IMG/VR virus record: IMGVR_UViG_3300042197_000642
Span: 1 to 64,000 of that record
From: a virus
Reading direction: 5' to 3' (one strand)
DNA: 64,000 nt
The notes beneath the pieces are model-generated. The model did not search any database and was not told the origin of the DNA. It saw only the letters and a program-made list of their open reading frames with translations. Positions 8,322-16,942 of this stretch are shown in pieces (the first letter of the stretch is position 1; each line of letters begins with the position of its first letter). The translations under genes were made by a program, and so were the position numbers.

Positions 8322-10367
8322 TTAAACCTTACTCTCGGATTTGATTAACTTTATCTCACATGCGTCTGTTGTGCAATAGGCTTCCCCGATAGCATCAGCC
8401 GCCAGACCTGCGTAAACTCCTGAGAAGTCAATAGGGAATAATTTAAATCGGTAATCCTCATACTCTTCGGCAGTTATTTGGGTATATGGTAATTGAGGAT
8501 AAACAAAGTTGCCCATAGGTAAGAAGGAAACAGTTTTGAGCTGTCCGTCATACATATGGAGAGCAGTTCCTACGGCATCCTTTTCTTTTTCAATATCAAA
8601 GGAAATGGTAACGGAGACAGAGTTATCACTCCAATGGCGTTGTGCCGTAGAAGCAAGAGACATCTTCTCGTATATAGAAACATCTTTCTCAGAACGTTTT
8701 GCTTTTGATTTAATAGGGAAAAACACTACGGAAGTAGTTTCAGGGCTTTCAACCGCAGGCTCTACTCGATAGTTAGCCATTTTGAATAAAGGAAGCATAG
8801 GGTCACTGTTGCCAAATCGAATAGCCCGCAGGAAGTATTCTCCACCTGGAGTCCAGTGAACGCCAGGAGACTCTCCAGCAAGAATAGATACAGTTCCACT
8901 AGGTTTAATTGTGGTTGTCTTAATTGATTCCCGAATACCTAGCCACTCTGAGTATGATTTGTCGTAGTTTTGAACTACAGCGTAACCAGCATCCATCCAC
9001 TCACGCAATACAGGGAGACCTACTCGGTCAGCAAAATTAGCTACACCAGACACAGAAGTTCCAATACGGCGGTTTCTTTGCATGATGGCATTGGTTTCTT
9101 CCCAGTGCGTAGGAAGTAATGTAACAGTCTTGGCATATAGGTAAGCAAACTTAAGAGTTCTCTTAAAGTCATCTAGGTTGTCATGTCGTCCTATATAGGT
9201 TTCGACTAGGGTGCAACACTCAAAGGATTCTAGAGTTTGCTCAGCGCATGGGTTATACCCAGAGGCTCGCCAGTCTTTATTGTTTGGTGGGTCAATCAAA
9301 CGACCATACTTACGGCTAACATCCATCCATACAACACCAGGCTCACCATTTAAAGCAATACCTTCTACGATATGGGAGAGGTCGTCACCTACTTCAACCG
9401 ATACAGAGTTGTTAGACATCCAAGCCCAACCAGGAGCGTCAGGGTCATATGAGTTACGCTCAGGAAAGACCGCAGAGTTCTTTAGGTTTAAAAAGTCTTT
9501 ATCATCTAAGCGTCCGATCAAAAGCTCAGCGGATCTACGTACGTTACCGGAGACAACGCATACGCCTATTAAATTACCAATATCGGCAATATCAATTCGG
9601 GTTAAAGCATTTCCTTCTCTTCCATTGAATATCTTACGGATATAGTTGTGCAGCTTAATCAAAGGCTCTGGCCCTGCAGCTATACCGCCAAAGGTTTTAA
9701 TGACCTCTCCTGCTGGTCTAATTTGTGAATAATCGAATTGAATTGCTTTTTGATCTGGTTTTAAATAAGAGTTAATTAGGGCCCCGACAGATTCGACCCA
9801 TCCCTCCCTAGTATCTGGGATTACAACTGGTGCGTCTTCATTGGCTTCTGGTTTATAAATTAAAAACTCTTTATCTGCACCTTTGTCGTCAAACCCTACG
9901 CCTACCCCAAGCATTGAGGCTTCCATCAGGAAAGTAAATGGTTTAGAAGGATTTAATTTAGTCATAGACTCTGTAGAAACAAACGCACAGTTTTGAAGAG
10001 CCGCCGAGTTACGTTGTTCATTTACTATGGGCGTTCCCATTACCCACAGACCTCTGCCTGGTGGTGTCCACTTTAAATTGAATAGACGGTCAAATGCCTC
10101 TTTAGCCGAAGCCTGGGCTTTGGCATCATTCCAAGGAAGTCTATTGGTTTTGGCATGTTCTTTTTGTAGGGAGTACATGCCGTTGATAACTCGTTCACAT
10201 ACATCAACCCAAGTTTCCTTTGTGCCATCTGACTTTAACCTTGAGTATGTTCGTAAAAAGGTAATTTCTCCTACGGAGTTTCCACCTGCGTCGGAGTACC
10301 CCCATGGAACTTTCTTTTCTTTGTAACCTGTTACGAAGTCATCTGCAAGCTTAAATGAAAATGGCAT
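8322..10367 (-). CDS. nrdJ: Class II (adenosylcobalamin-dependent) ribonucleotide reductase, RTPR-type
   Basis: PPGRGLW, ALQNCAF, GNVRRSA, NPCAEQ, TTIKPSGTVS, C-terminal CTTDAC; no small subunit nearby. Confidence 0.93.
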   Translation of the reverse strand: MPFSFKLADDFVTGYKEKKVPWGYSDAGGNSVGEITFLRTYSRLKSDGTKETWVDVCERVINGMYSLQKEHAKTNRLPWNDAKAQASAKEAFDRLFNLKWTPPGRGLWVMGTPIVNEQRNSAALQNCAFVSTESMTKLNPSKPFTFLMEASMLGVGVGFDDKGADKEFLIYKPEANEDAPVVIPDTREGWVESVGALINSYLKPDQKAIQFDYSQIRPAGEVIKTFGGIAAGPEPLIKLHNYIRKIFNGREGNALTRIDIADIGNLIGVCVVSGNVRRSAELLIGRLDDKDFLNLKNSAVFPERNSYDPDAPGWAWMSNNSVSVEVGDDLSHIVEGIALNGEPGVVWMDVSRKYGRLIDPPNNKDWRASGYNPCAEQTLESFECCTLVETYIGRHDNLDDFKRTLKFAYLYAKTVTLLPTHWEETNAIMQRNRRIGTSVSGVANFADRVGLPVLREWMDAGYAVVQNYDKSYSEWLGIRESIKTTTIKPSGTVSILAGESPGVHWTPGGEYFLRAIRFGNSDPMLPLFKMANYRVEPAVESPETTSVVFFPIKSKAKRSEKDVSIYEKMSLASTAQRHWSDNSVSVTISFDIEKEKDAVGTALHMYDGQLKTVSFLPMGNFVYPQLPYTQITAEEYEDYRFKLFPIDFSGVYAGLAADAIGEAYCTTDACEIKLIKSESKV

Positions 10368-10420
10368 TACTTTCCCCTGTTCTGGTATTAGATTGTTTAA
10401 GAAGACCTAATAGTACCTGT

Positions 10421-10491
10421 AGCGCACCCTACACCATCTGCCTCAACTTAAACCAAATTGAGGAGATACAAGTTCACGTAGATTGCACCCT
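10421..10491 (-). other. Long imperfect intergenic stem-loop
   Basis: Inner CCTCAATTT/AAGTTGAGG stem plus outer stem with G-U pairs on the minus strand. Confidence 0.6.
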
Positions 10492-10509
10492 TTATATCAG
10501 ATATAAAAA

Positions 10510-11982
10510 CTATTGATTTTCTTCTATTGCACCCTTAATTATCTGGGTAGTTTCTTCTTCGTTTAGGCCGTTGTTAGGTAGTTCTCGAAGCACATTTGCC
10601 TTGTCTCCAAATATCTGAGAAAGCACTCCAGCGCTACCTTGGCGCTCTACGGTCATACGAATAAACTCTCTAGAATCATCTAATTCTTTAACTGTTTTAA
10701 TTAACTTAAATAAACGGTCTATTTCTTGAGATACGTTAGGATCGGCGTATCCACCGTTCATTTCTTCACTAAAACGCATAAAAGCAACGCGTTGTCCCTG
10801 CATTTCAATGATTGCATTGATAAGGGATTTAAGTTGTTCTTTGGTCTTTACCTCTACTGGTAACTTAAAAGCACAAGCATTATTAGGTTTAAAAGCAGGG
10901 CAATTTGCTGCAACAAAGCAAGTGTTACACTGCCTTAAAGTACCCGCTTGGGATTGAATAACTTGTACTTCTTTAATGACCCCATCAGCATCAACTTCTG
11001 TTTTTGTATCGTATCCAAACACCGGTAAATTGATAATTTCATCAGGATTTCTTGGTATAAGTTTCCGCTCTTGTACCCCCTTTGTATCAGCATTGTCGAG
11101 GGTAGTTTCCGCAGTTGTAGCAGGTACATTTTCACTGCTTATATCTGATATAAACTCTTCTTCATCATATGGTCCCACGGTGTTTATCCTATCTTCTAAT
11201 CGTTCGTATGACCATACTGCTAACTTACATACCTCTTTAGGGTCATCTTCAATAATCTTATCAAAGTCTATACCAGCCTTATCGTATATATGTCTATACC
11301 TAGAACGGGCTTGGTCTTTCATTCTCTTTGGGTATCTAACTATTCTAGAACCGTCCCAAATTATGGTTTCACCGTGCATCATTGGGGAAAGCCAGGACAT
11401 AGTGCTTGCGGTCTCACACTGTATAGACCTTAGATTGTCAGGCTTAGCACACGCAATAGCGTGAAATCTAGTACCCCTACGTCGAACAAATGTACGAGTA
11501 GCTGCAGCTAGGAAGCTATAGGCTTCTATATCTTGACCTGATATTCCTACATCTAAATACGAATCTACTAATTTATTAAGGCCAGCTTGACCTGTTGGAG
11601 AGTGCCATACAGGCAAAAACTTACCGGGTGGAACCTCGGCCCAGCAAGTGCGTCTTTGGGTTTCTATAAACTCTTGGGTTAATAATGGGTGATCCAATTC
11701 GGTAAATAGGGTTATACGGTCCATATTATTGGCTATAAACTCTTCATACTCAGCTGCAAAGCTCTCAAGCTCAGCTTGATCCAGGTTTGCGTCCTTTGGT
11801 ATACCGCCATGAACATAAATACTATTATCCGATTTAAAATGGTCCGATAATAGGTAGTTCTTTCGCTTAGGAAGACCGCGTTTTGTTAATCTCCAAAAGC
11901 TTACCCCTATGCTAGTAGCTGTAGTAGTTTCCAATAAGGTCCGATTGCTCGGAACCTCTGCGCCCAAATATATGATTTTCAT
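10510..11982 (-). CDS. Putative TGT/DpdA-like TIM-barrel protein with C-terminal Cys4 and helical domain
   Basis: RFHAIA..ETASTMSW..HGET resembles the H.FG..S.DS.SW segment of TGT-like proteins; CNTC..C..C. Confidence 0.4.
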   Translation of the reverse strand: MKIIYLGAEVPSNRTLLETTTATSIGVSFWRLTKRGLPKRKNYLLSDHFKSDNSIYVHGGIPKDANLDQAELESFAAEYEEFIANNMDRITLFTELDHPLLTQEFIETQRRTCWAEVPPGKFLPVWHSPTGQAGLNKLVDSYLDVGISGQDIEAYSFLAAATRTFVRRRGTRFHAIACAKPDNLRSIQCETASTMSWLSPMMHGETIIWDGSRIVRYPKRMKDQARSRYRHIYDKAGIDFDKIIEDDPKEVCKLAVWSYERLEDRINTVGPYDEEEFISDISSENVPATTAETTLDNADTKGVQERKLIPRNPDEIINLPVFGYDTKTEVDADGVIKEVQVIQSQAGTLRQCNTCFVAANCPAFKPNNACAFKLPVEVKTKEQLKSLINAIIEMQGQRVAFMRFSEEMNGGYADPNVSQEIDRLFKLIKTVKELDDSREFIRMTVERQGSAGVLSQIFGDKANVLRELPNNGLNEEETTQIIKGAIEENQ

Positions 11983-12107
11983 GTGTCTTGTTTAGGTAAC
12001 ATCTCCTGCCACCATTTAATCCAAGCATCGTATTGTTCAAATGGTTTTTGGCTCTTTAGTTCTTCTTCAGTGAACCCACCGTCTCTTGGTGTAATCTCGT
12101 GGTTCAT
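11979..12107 (-). CDS. 42-aa hypothetical protein
   Basis: Manual translation; ATGA overlaps at both ends. Confidence 0.55.
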   Translation of the reverse strand: MNHEITPRDGGFTEEELKSQKPFEQYDAWIKWWQEMLPKQDT

Positions 12108-12559
12108 ACTCTTGAATCTTCTATAAATAAACCAAGTTGGCGGTCGTATTCTTTTTCAATTTCTGCCCAAGGCTTTACACCTTCAGGTGCATCAGGTCTA
12201 AACTCTGGACGTAGGTACAATGGATGTAAAAATAAAAGTGTGTTGTATCCGGCTTCCAATAATTGTTTTGCTAATTCCATGTTAGATGTAACTACAAATT
12301 CTATTTTACCTTTTGAACGCAAAGATTGACATTGTGCAAACTCATCTTTACCATGTGTAATACTTGAGTTTTCTAATATGTCATCAAAGTCAATTTTGTG
12401 TGAACGTAACCAATGTTCTGTTTTATCACGTTGGTCTGGGCCAACTACTACAATTGAATTCTTTTCTTTTATAGATTTGTAAAGGACTACACCTTCAAGA
12501 ATTGGTTGTTTGTTCAGCTGATTCCTCAGCACTCCGTCCATAAAGACGATAACGCTCAT
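12104..12559 (-). CDS. HAD-fold protein lacking the first catalytic Asp
   Basis: VIVFMDGVL vs DxDGxL; TEHWL..FD pattern of PNK/acid-phosphatase-like HADs. Confidence 0.55.
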   Translation of the reverse strand: MSVIVFMDGVLRNQLNKQPILEGVVLYKSIKEKNSIVVVGPDQRDKTEHWLRSHKIDFDDILENSSITHGKDEFAQCQSLRSKGKIEFVVTSNMELAKQLLEAGYNTLLFLHPLYLRPEFRPDAPEGVKPWAEIEKEYDRQLGLFIEDSRV

Positions 12560-12618
12560 CTAATACCTCATGTCCTAATACCCACGCCCAACCGTTTTGG
12601 CAAGGCTTGCAAGTGCAT

Positions 12619-13551
12619 CTATCCATTTTGGGTTAATGCCCTACGGACGAGAAGACTAGCATCTGGAAGCTCCATTCCGTAAGTATGCGACTCAAATTCT
12701 TTTCGTGTCTGCGTTGATATTTCTTTCATTCGTTTTAATGCTGGTATAACTCCTGAGGCTTTGCCGGACTGCCACCTATAATTAGCATAATCTTCGTATC
12801 CTTGACCTTCTGGGGTAAAGGCAGAACTTCGTCCTTTATGTATAGAATCAAATAAGGCGGCACCTTGATCTACCGCTAACTTTAAAGCAGCTTCGGCATT
12901 TCTTCTAGCAGCATCATTTTTAGCTGCTTCTACTCCATAGTAAGCGTTGTTATATCTTTGAAGAATCTCTAATGCCATAGTTTTATCTTTTTCTAATTTA
13001 GGTTCCCAGTCCTTACGGAACGATGCACCCTCTTCTGCGGGCTCTACAGTCCAAGAATCTGAAGTTAAGGAGTAAGCGGCATAGGGTTTAATCTTTGTTA
13101 TATCTGACACGACATTGACATAAAAAGTAAGTTCAAACACATTAAGAAACTCTTCTGTATTTGGGTGTAAGTTTTCTCTAAACCCTTCATTTAAGGTTTG
13201 AGCAATTTCTCTGTCGCTTAAAGTTGCATACCTTTGGTTAGCTTGTCTAAATTTAATGTAATCAATTCCTATTAAACAGTCTAAATCTGCTGGCTCACGC
13301 TGAGCAGCCCATTGATAGCTGACTCCTGATCCAGCTAACCATACATGTGTATAATCTTCAGGGCTGTAAAATCTATCTTTTAAGTGCCCAAATAAGATAC
13401 TAAGAATTGCGTTACGAACGCTAGGAATTAACTTTCCATTTATAAATAGTCTTGGATCTAAACCACCGGCTAATTTACTAAAATATGAAGTATCTGAAGG
13501 TTCTAAGTTAATTGGTGTAGATTGTTGCACTAATGCGTCATAGTAATTCAT
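12619..13551 (-). CDS. Pol-beta superfamily nucleotidyltransferase
   Basis: LAGSGVSYQW..DLDCLI, ELTFYV, YSL...W. Confidence 0.7.
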   Translation of the reverse strand: MNYYDALVQQSTPINLEPSDTSYFSKLAGGLDPRLFINGKLIPSVRNAILSILFGHLKDRFYSPEDYTHVWLAGSGVSYQWAAQREPADLDCLIGIDYIKFRQANQRYATLSDREIAQTLNEGFRENLHPNTEEFLNVFELTFYVNVVSDITKIKPYAAYSLTSDSWTVEPAEEGASFRKDWEPKLEKDKTMALEILQRYNNAYYGVEAAKNDAARRNAEAALKLAVDQGAALFDSIHKGRSSAFTPEGQGYEDYANYRWQSGKASGVIPALKRMKEISTQTRKEFESHTYGMELPDASLLVRRALTQNG

Positions 13552-13566
13552 GTGTACTATGATAAC

Positions 13567-13809
13567 TTATATAGATACTCCGCCGTCATCTATGTCCCCC
13601 TCATATTCTTTAAATCTATAATTTGGTTTAATTGACGGGAAATCTAAACGCTTTACTGTTTCAGGTTTATCAGAACGAGTGTTAGCCATATATCCGCACT
13701 GCTTGTGTGCATCAACAAATTGCTGTGCCCATAAAAGTGCTAAATTTGAATCGTCTTCTGCTTCAAATTGGAACGATGCCACGCATGGGCATGTCATTTC
13801 TATGAACAT
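13567..13809 (-). CDS. Hypothetical protein
   Basis: CxC..HxxC; GGAGGGG RBS and TATACT -10. Confidence 0.65.
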   Translation of the reverse strand: MFIEMTCPCVASFQFEAEDDSNLALLWAQQFVDAHKQCGYMANTRSDKPETVKRLDFPSIKPNYRFKEYEGDIDDGGVSI

Positions 13810-13857
13810 ATTTACCCCTCCGATTGGGTTCCCCTTTAGTATACTCCCAGACTGGGG

Positions 13858-14133
13858 TTAGTTACCCCCTGTTTGAATACTGCTTTTAAAGGCAGAACCC
13901 AGTTTATCTATAACTCCGTTTACTATATCAGCCTTAGTAATAGTGTATTGCAGCTCTTCGCACCCCTGACGTATGTCGTTTAAGGTGGCCACACGGGCTA
14001 TAGAAAAGACCGTAGACAGGTCTGTAATAGCCCTATAACTGCCATCAGGCATCTTTATAGTAATAAATGCGGTAATAGCGTCTGGAGCCTTTTCTTCCTC
14101 TATAGAGGGCTGTGGTGTGACTTCTTCGGTCAT
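13858..14133 (-). CDS. Hypothetical protein
   Basis: Coupled to upstream gene. Confidence 0.65.
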   Translation of the reverse strand: MTEEVTPQPSIEEEKAPDAITAFITIKMPDGSYRAITDLSTVFSIARVATLNDIRQGCEELQYTITKADIVNGVIDKLGSAFKSSIQTGGN

Positions 14134-14681
14134 TATTTGTAATATCCCTTTTCTGTATTGTGCTTCATCATATTATAAGACTTAACTGGACAAAAGTCAC
14201 ATAAGTAGGTTTTTGGCATCTTCTTGGTGTCCAGACCTGCTTCTTTTCGGTCTGCGGCGGTATCTGGCTTTAAAACCTTAGTATCGGATTTGTAGTCTGG
14301 GCACTGACCCTTTGGGCGATTGTGGACTCCGTAACAGATCATTGCATCTGAGCTAAAGTTAGCTTTTACATCATAGAAGTCGCCAAGTATATCAAGACCG
14401 ATTGAGCCCTCTAATAATTGTTTCTTTATACCTTGGATAGCTGCTTCTCTACCTTTTGGGGACATCCATAGGAAGGCATCGATATCTATAAGACGACCTT
14501 TACAACCCTTTTGGTCGTGAGGATAAGCTGCTTTTTGAAGGAATGGATTGTCTGTTTGATCCCACAGTCCTTGGTCGTTCTTTCTTACTTTTAAGAACGG
14601 AAGTTCTTCAATTGACTTACAACTGTAACAAAGTAATAAAAGTGTTTTCTCGTCGTCTTGCTTGGGAAGTGCTGTACTCAT
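14133..14681 (-). CDS. Cys/His-rich putative Zn-binding protein
   Basis: CYSC, C..H....C, YLCDFCP. Confidence 0.7.
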   Translation of the reverse strand: MSTALPKQDDEKTLLLLCYSCKSIEELPFLKVRKNDQGLWDQTDNPFLQKAAYPHDQKGCKGRLIDIDAFLWMSPKGREAAIQGIKKQLLEGSIGLDILGDFYDVKANFSSDAMICYGVHNRPKGQCPDYKSDTKVLKPDTAADRKEAGLDTKKMPKTYLCDFCPVKSYNMMKHNTEKGYYK

Positions 14682-14724
14682 ATAATGCTCCTAATTTAAT
14701 GCCGTAATCCTAACACATCTTGTG

Positions 14725-15039
14725 CTATTTAGACCGTTGTCGGCGTTTCTCCATCATTGCACTCATTTTTCTATAGATAGCGGTATCTACCATTGGCCCT
14801 TCTTCGGTTATAAATATCTTGTTGTGCAGGTCAGTCCGGGAAACCAGCTCTTGATGTATTGGATTAGATGGGTCGTAGTTTAATTTACCCATTGTAGTTC
14901 CTTTTACAGCTTTAAAGGTGGGTTTTTTAAACTGACGAGTGGGTTCTTTTACGGACTCCCCAGGAGTTTCTGATTTAGGTGCTTTAGTTTTTGCAAGCGT
15001 TTGTTCAAGAGCAACTTGCCAGTTGTATTTCTTAGCCAC
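14725..15039 (-). CDS. Basic hypothetical protein
   Basis: ORF in packed operon. Confidence 0.6.
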   Translation of the reverse strand: MAKKYNWQVALEQTLAKTKAPKSETPGESVKEPTRQFKKPTFKAVKGTTMGKLNYDPSNPIHQELVSRTDLHNKIFITEEGPMVDTAIYRKMSAMMEKRRQRSK

Positions 15040-15041
15040 AA

Positions 15042-15386
15042 CTACTCTTTACTTGGGTTTGTATTAATCTTAACTGGTTCGTCTTTTGGAAAAGCTCTTA
15101 AACCATGTGCGGCACGAAACTCTCTTGTTGAAGCGACGTAAGCCGCTGCTTTCCCTAATTTGCGCATATTAACTAAATCAGTACTTTTTTGATTATATTC
15201 TTCTTTAGGCAAAGCAGAAATAACACCATTTCCAGGTTCTAAAACTTTTACATTTTGTGAAAACTTTGTTACTTTATGGCCAGCTAAAGCAGCAGATGAA
15301 AATGAATTTACAGTTTCGGGTAGCTCAATTCCTCGATGTTGAAAACTTTTTAAGCTTTTGGGAAATTGAGATTCATTTGAGTCCAT
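15042..15386 (-). CDS. Hypothetical protein
   Basis: TAATG coupling. Confidence 0.6.
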   Translation of the reverse strand: MDSNESQFPKSLKSFQHRGIELPETVNSFSSAALAGHKVTKFSQNVKVLEPGNGVISALPKEEYNQKSTDLVNMRKLGKAAAYVASTREFRAAHGLRAFPKDEPVKINTNPSKE

Positions 15387-15589
15387 TAAGCTTCCTTTGC
15401 TTGACGGTCGTGCTCTGCTTGTGCGGCGCGATACTCGTCATAAGTGTCTGCGTACTTTCCAAACATCTTAGACTGATGCTCATCGTAATCATCTTTTGAC
15501 ATTTGATTAACAGCCCAAGTCAATGGCTCTGGTGTGTTTAACACCTGTTTCATTTGACGGTTTGAGTCGTTCTCTCTACGCTTAGCCAT
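15386..15589 (-). CDS. Hypothetical protein
   Basis: ORF with AAGGA RBS. Confidence 0.6.
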   Translation of the reverse strand: MAKRRENDSNRQMKQVLNTPEPLTWAVNQMSKDDYDEHQSKMFGKYADTYDEYRAAQAEHDRQAKEA

Positions 15590-15600
15590 TTAATTAATCC

Positions 15601-15807
15601 TTAAGCTCCTGGGTTTACTTTTGATGGTTCTTCTGAATTAATAAATCCATAATTCATATATGGGTGCAAACCTGCACGGTTTTGAACCATTTTTTCGTCG
15701 CCCACACCTGGAGCAACGGTTGTATTAGGACGACGCTTACGGTATTTACCGTCTGTTGCGCCTTCCAACATATCTGCGTTTTGTAAACGCGCCTTGCGAA
15801 CGGTCAT
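15601..15807 (-). CDS. Small basic protein
   Basis: GATDGKYRKRRP; ATGA overlap. Confidence 0.65.
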   Translation of the reverse strand: MTVRKARLQNADMLEGATDGKYRKRRPNTTVAPGVGDEKMVQNRAGLHPYMNYGFINSEEPSKVNPGA

Positions 15808-16013
15808 GCCATTCTGCCTTTCACTAGTTTAACTGCCCTTGATCTATTACATCCTGGACAATACTCTGAATTTAGCTTTTGTAAAGGGTTCAGTACGGAC
15901 TTACATCCTTTACATAATGCTGAACCATTGTACCAAGTTCCTAAAGCCACGTCAGTAGCACCCGGCATACCTTCACCAGTGTTATCTGTAAATAAACCTG
16001 GATCTTCGTTCAT
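15804..16013 (-). CDS. Small Zn-finger protein
   Basis: CKGC..CPGC; ATGA overlaps. Confidence 0.65.
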   Translation of the reverse strand: MNEDPGLFTDNTGEGMPGATDVALGTWYNGSALCKGCKSVLNPLQKLNSEYCPGCNRSRAVKLVKGRMA

Positions 16014-16384
16014 ACGCTGTTTCCTAACGTGTTTCGGCTAGAGCTTTGTTGAGTATTTGGGGTCTGACTAAAGTCAGTCTCAACTCTTTGTTGTACTCTA
16101 GATGGTAGATCAATTATGTCTTCAATTCCAAGTTCTGACGTCTCATACCCATAACGAGCTGGAAACATGTCTATTTGTGGAAGGTTAGGACGCACATATT
16201 CTTGTATTTCAGCAGCACTCATTTGCCCAACCTCTAACGCTTGGGTCAATAATCGTTCTTGATTGCTAGCAAACGGACCAATGTACGCTTGTGGAGGGTA
16301 GGCCGCTTCTGCCGGCCAAGTCATTCCAGGGTTGTCTTTGTTCCAAGGTTTACGGCTGTACACGCCATCAGGAGTATTAGGCAT
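16010..16384 (-). CDS. Hypothetical protein
   Basis: ORF in packed operon. Confidence 0.65.
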   Translation of the reverse strand: MPNTPDGVYSRKPWNKDNPGMTWPAEAAYPPQAYIGPFASNQERLLTQALEVGQMSAAEIQEYVRPNLPQIDMFPARYGYETSELGIEDIIDLPSRVQQRVETDFSQTPNTQQSSSRNTLGNSV

Positions 16385-16385
16385 C

Positions 16386-16919
16386 TTATCTCCAACTAGG
16401 AACTAATGACTTTAATTGATTAACACGTACTTGATTTATTTCACCAGGTGAAGTACTTCTTAAATTTGATTTACCATCATTTTGTAAATGTGGGGCAGGT
16501 ACCAACTTTTGGTTTTCTGCATTACGTTTAGCTAAGTATACGTTGCCGTTGTATGAAGCTTTCATTTGTCTTTTAATACCACGATCTGGTTCTAATCCCT
16601 CTGGGTAATAATAATCTTGTTGGTCAATTCGTTCGCCACGATGCACACCTCTTTGATACGCACGTTGGTTAACTCTTCCTTTTACACCTTTAAGAACTTT
16701 ATCAGAAACACTTGAAGGACGACCTCTGTCGTCTCGTCTTGTTCTGATAGTGCCTAAATACCCATCAGGATATTCAGCGGATGGTTGACGTCCTACGCCA
16801 ATTCGTAAGAAGTCAAGCTCAGAGCGAGCAACAGGTACACCACCACCACCATATGTTGTTGTGGTTCCATACATACCCCCAGCACCGAGGTTTTGTATGT
16901 TCTGATGGGTATTTGGCAT
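16386..16919 (-). CDS. Arg/Gly-rich basic protein, probably leaderless
   Basis: PSAEYPDGYLGTI; TATGAT 6 nt before ATG. Confidence 0.7.
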   Translation of the reverse strand: MPNTHQNIQNLGAGGMYGTTTTYGGGGVPVARSELDFLRIGVGRQPSAEYPDGYLGTIRTRRDDRGRPSSVSDKVLKGVKGRVNQRAYQRGVHRGERIDQQDYYYPEGLEPDRGIKRQMKASYNGNVYLAKRNAENQKLVPAPHLQNDGKSNLRSTSPGEINQVRVNQLKSLVPSWR

Positions 16920-16942
16920 AACCCCATCATATTCCTATTTAA

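Noticed and set aside
10368-10509. Cobalamin riboswitch upstream of nrdJ
   Set aside because: No B12-box or other consensus elements; only a simple long hairpin.
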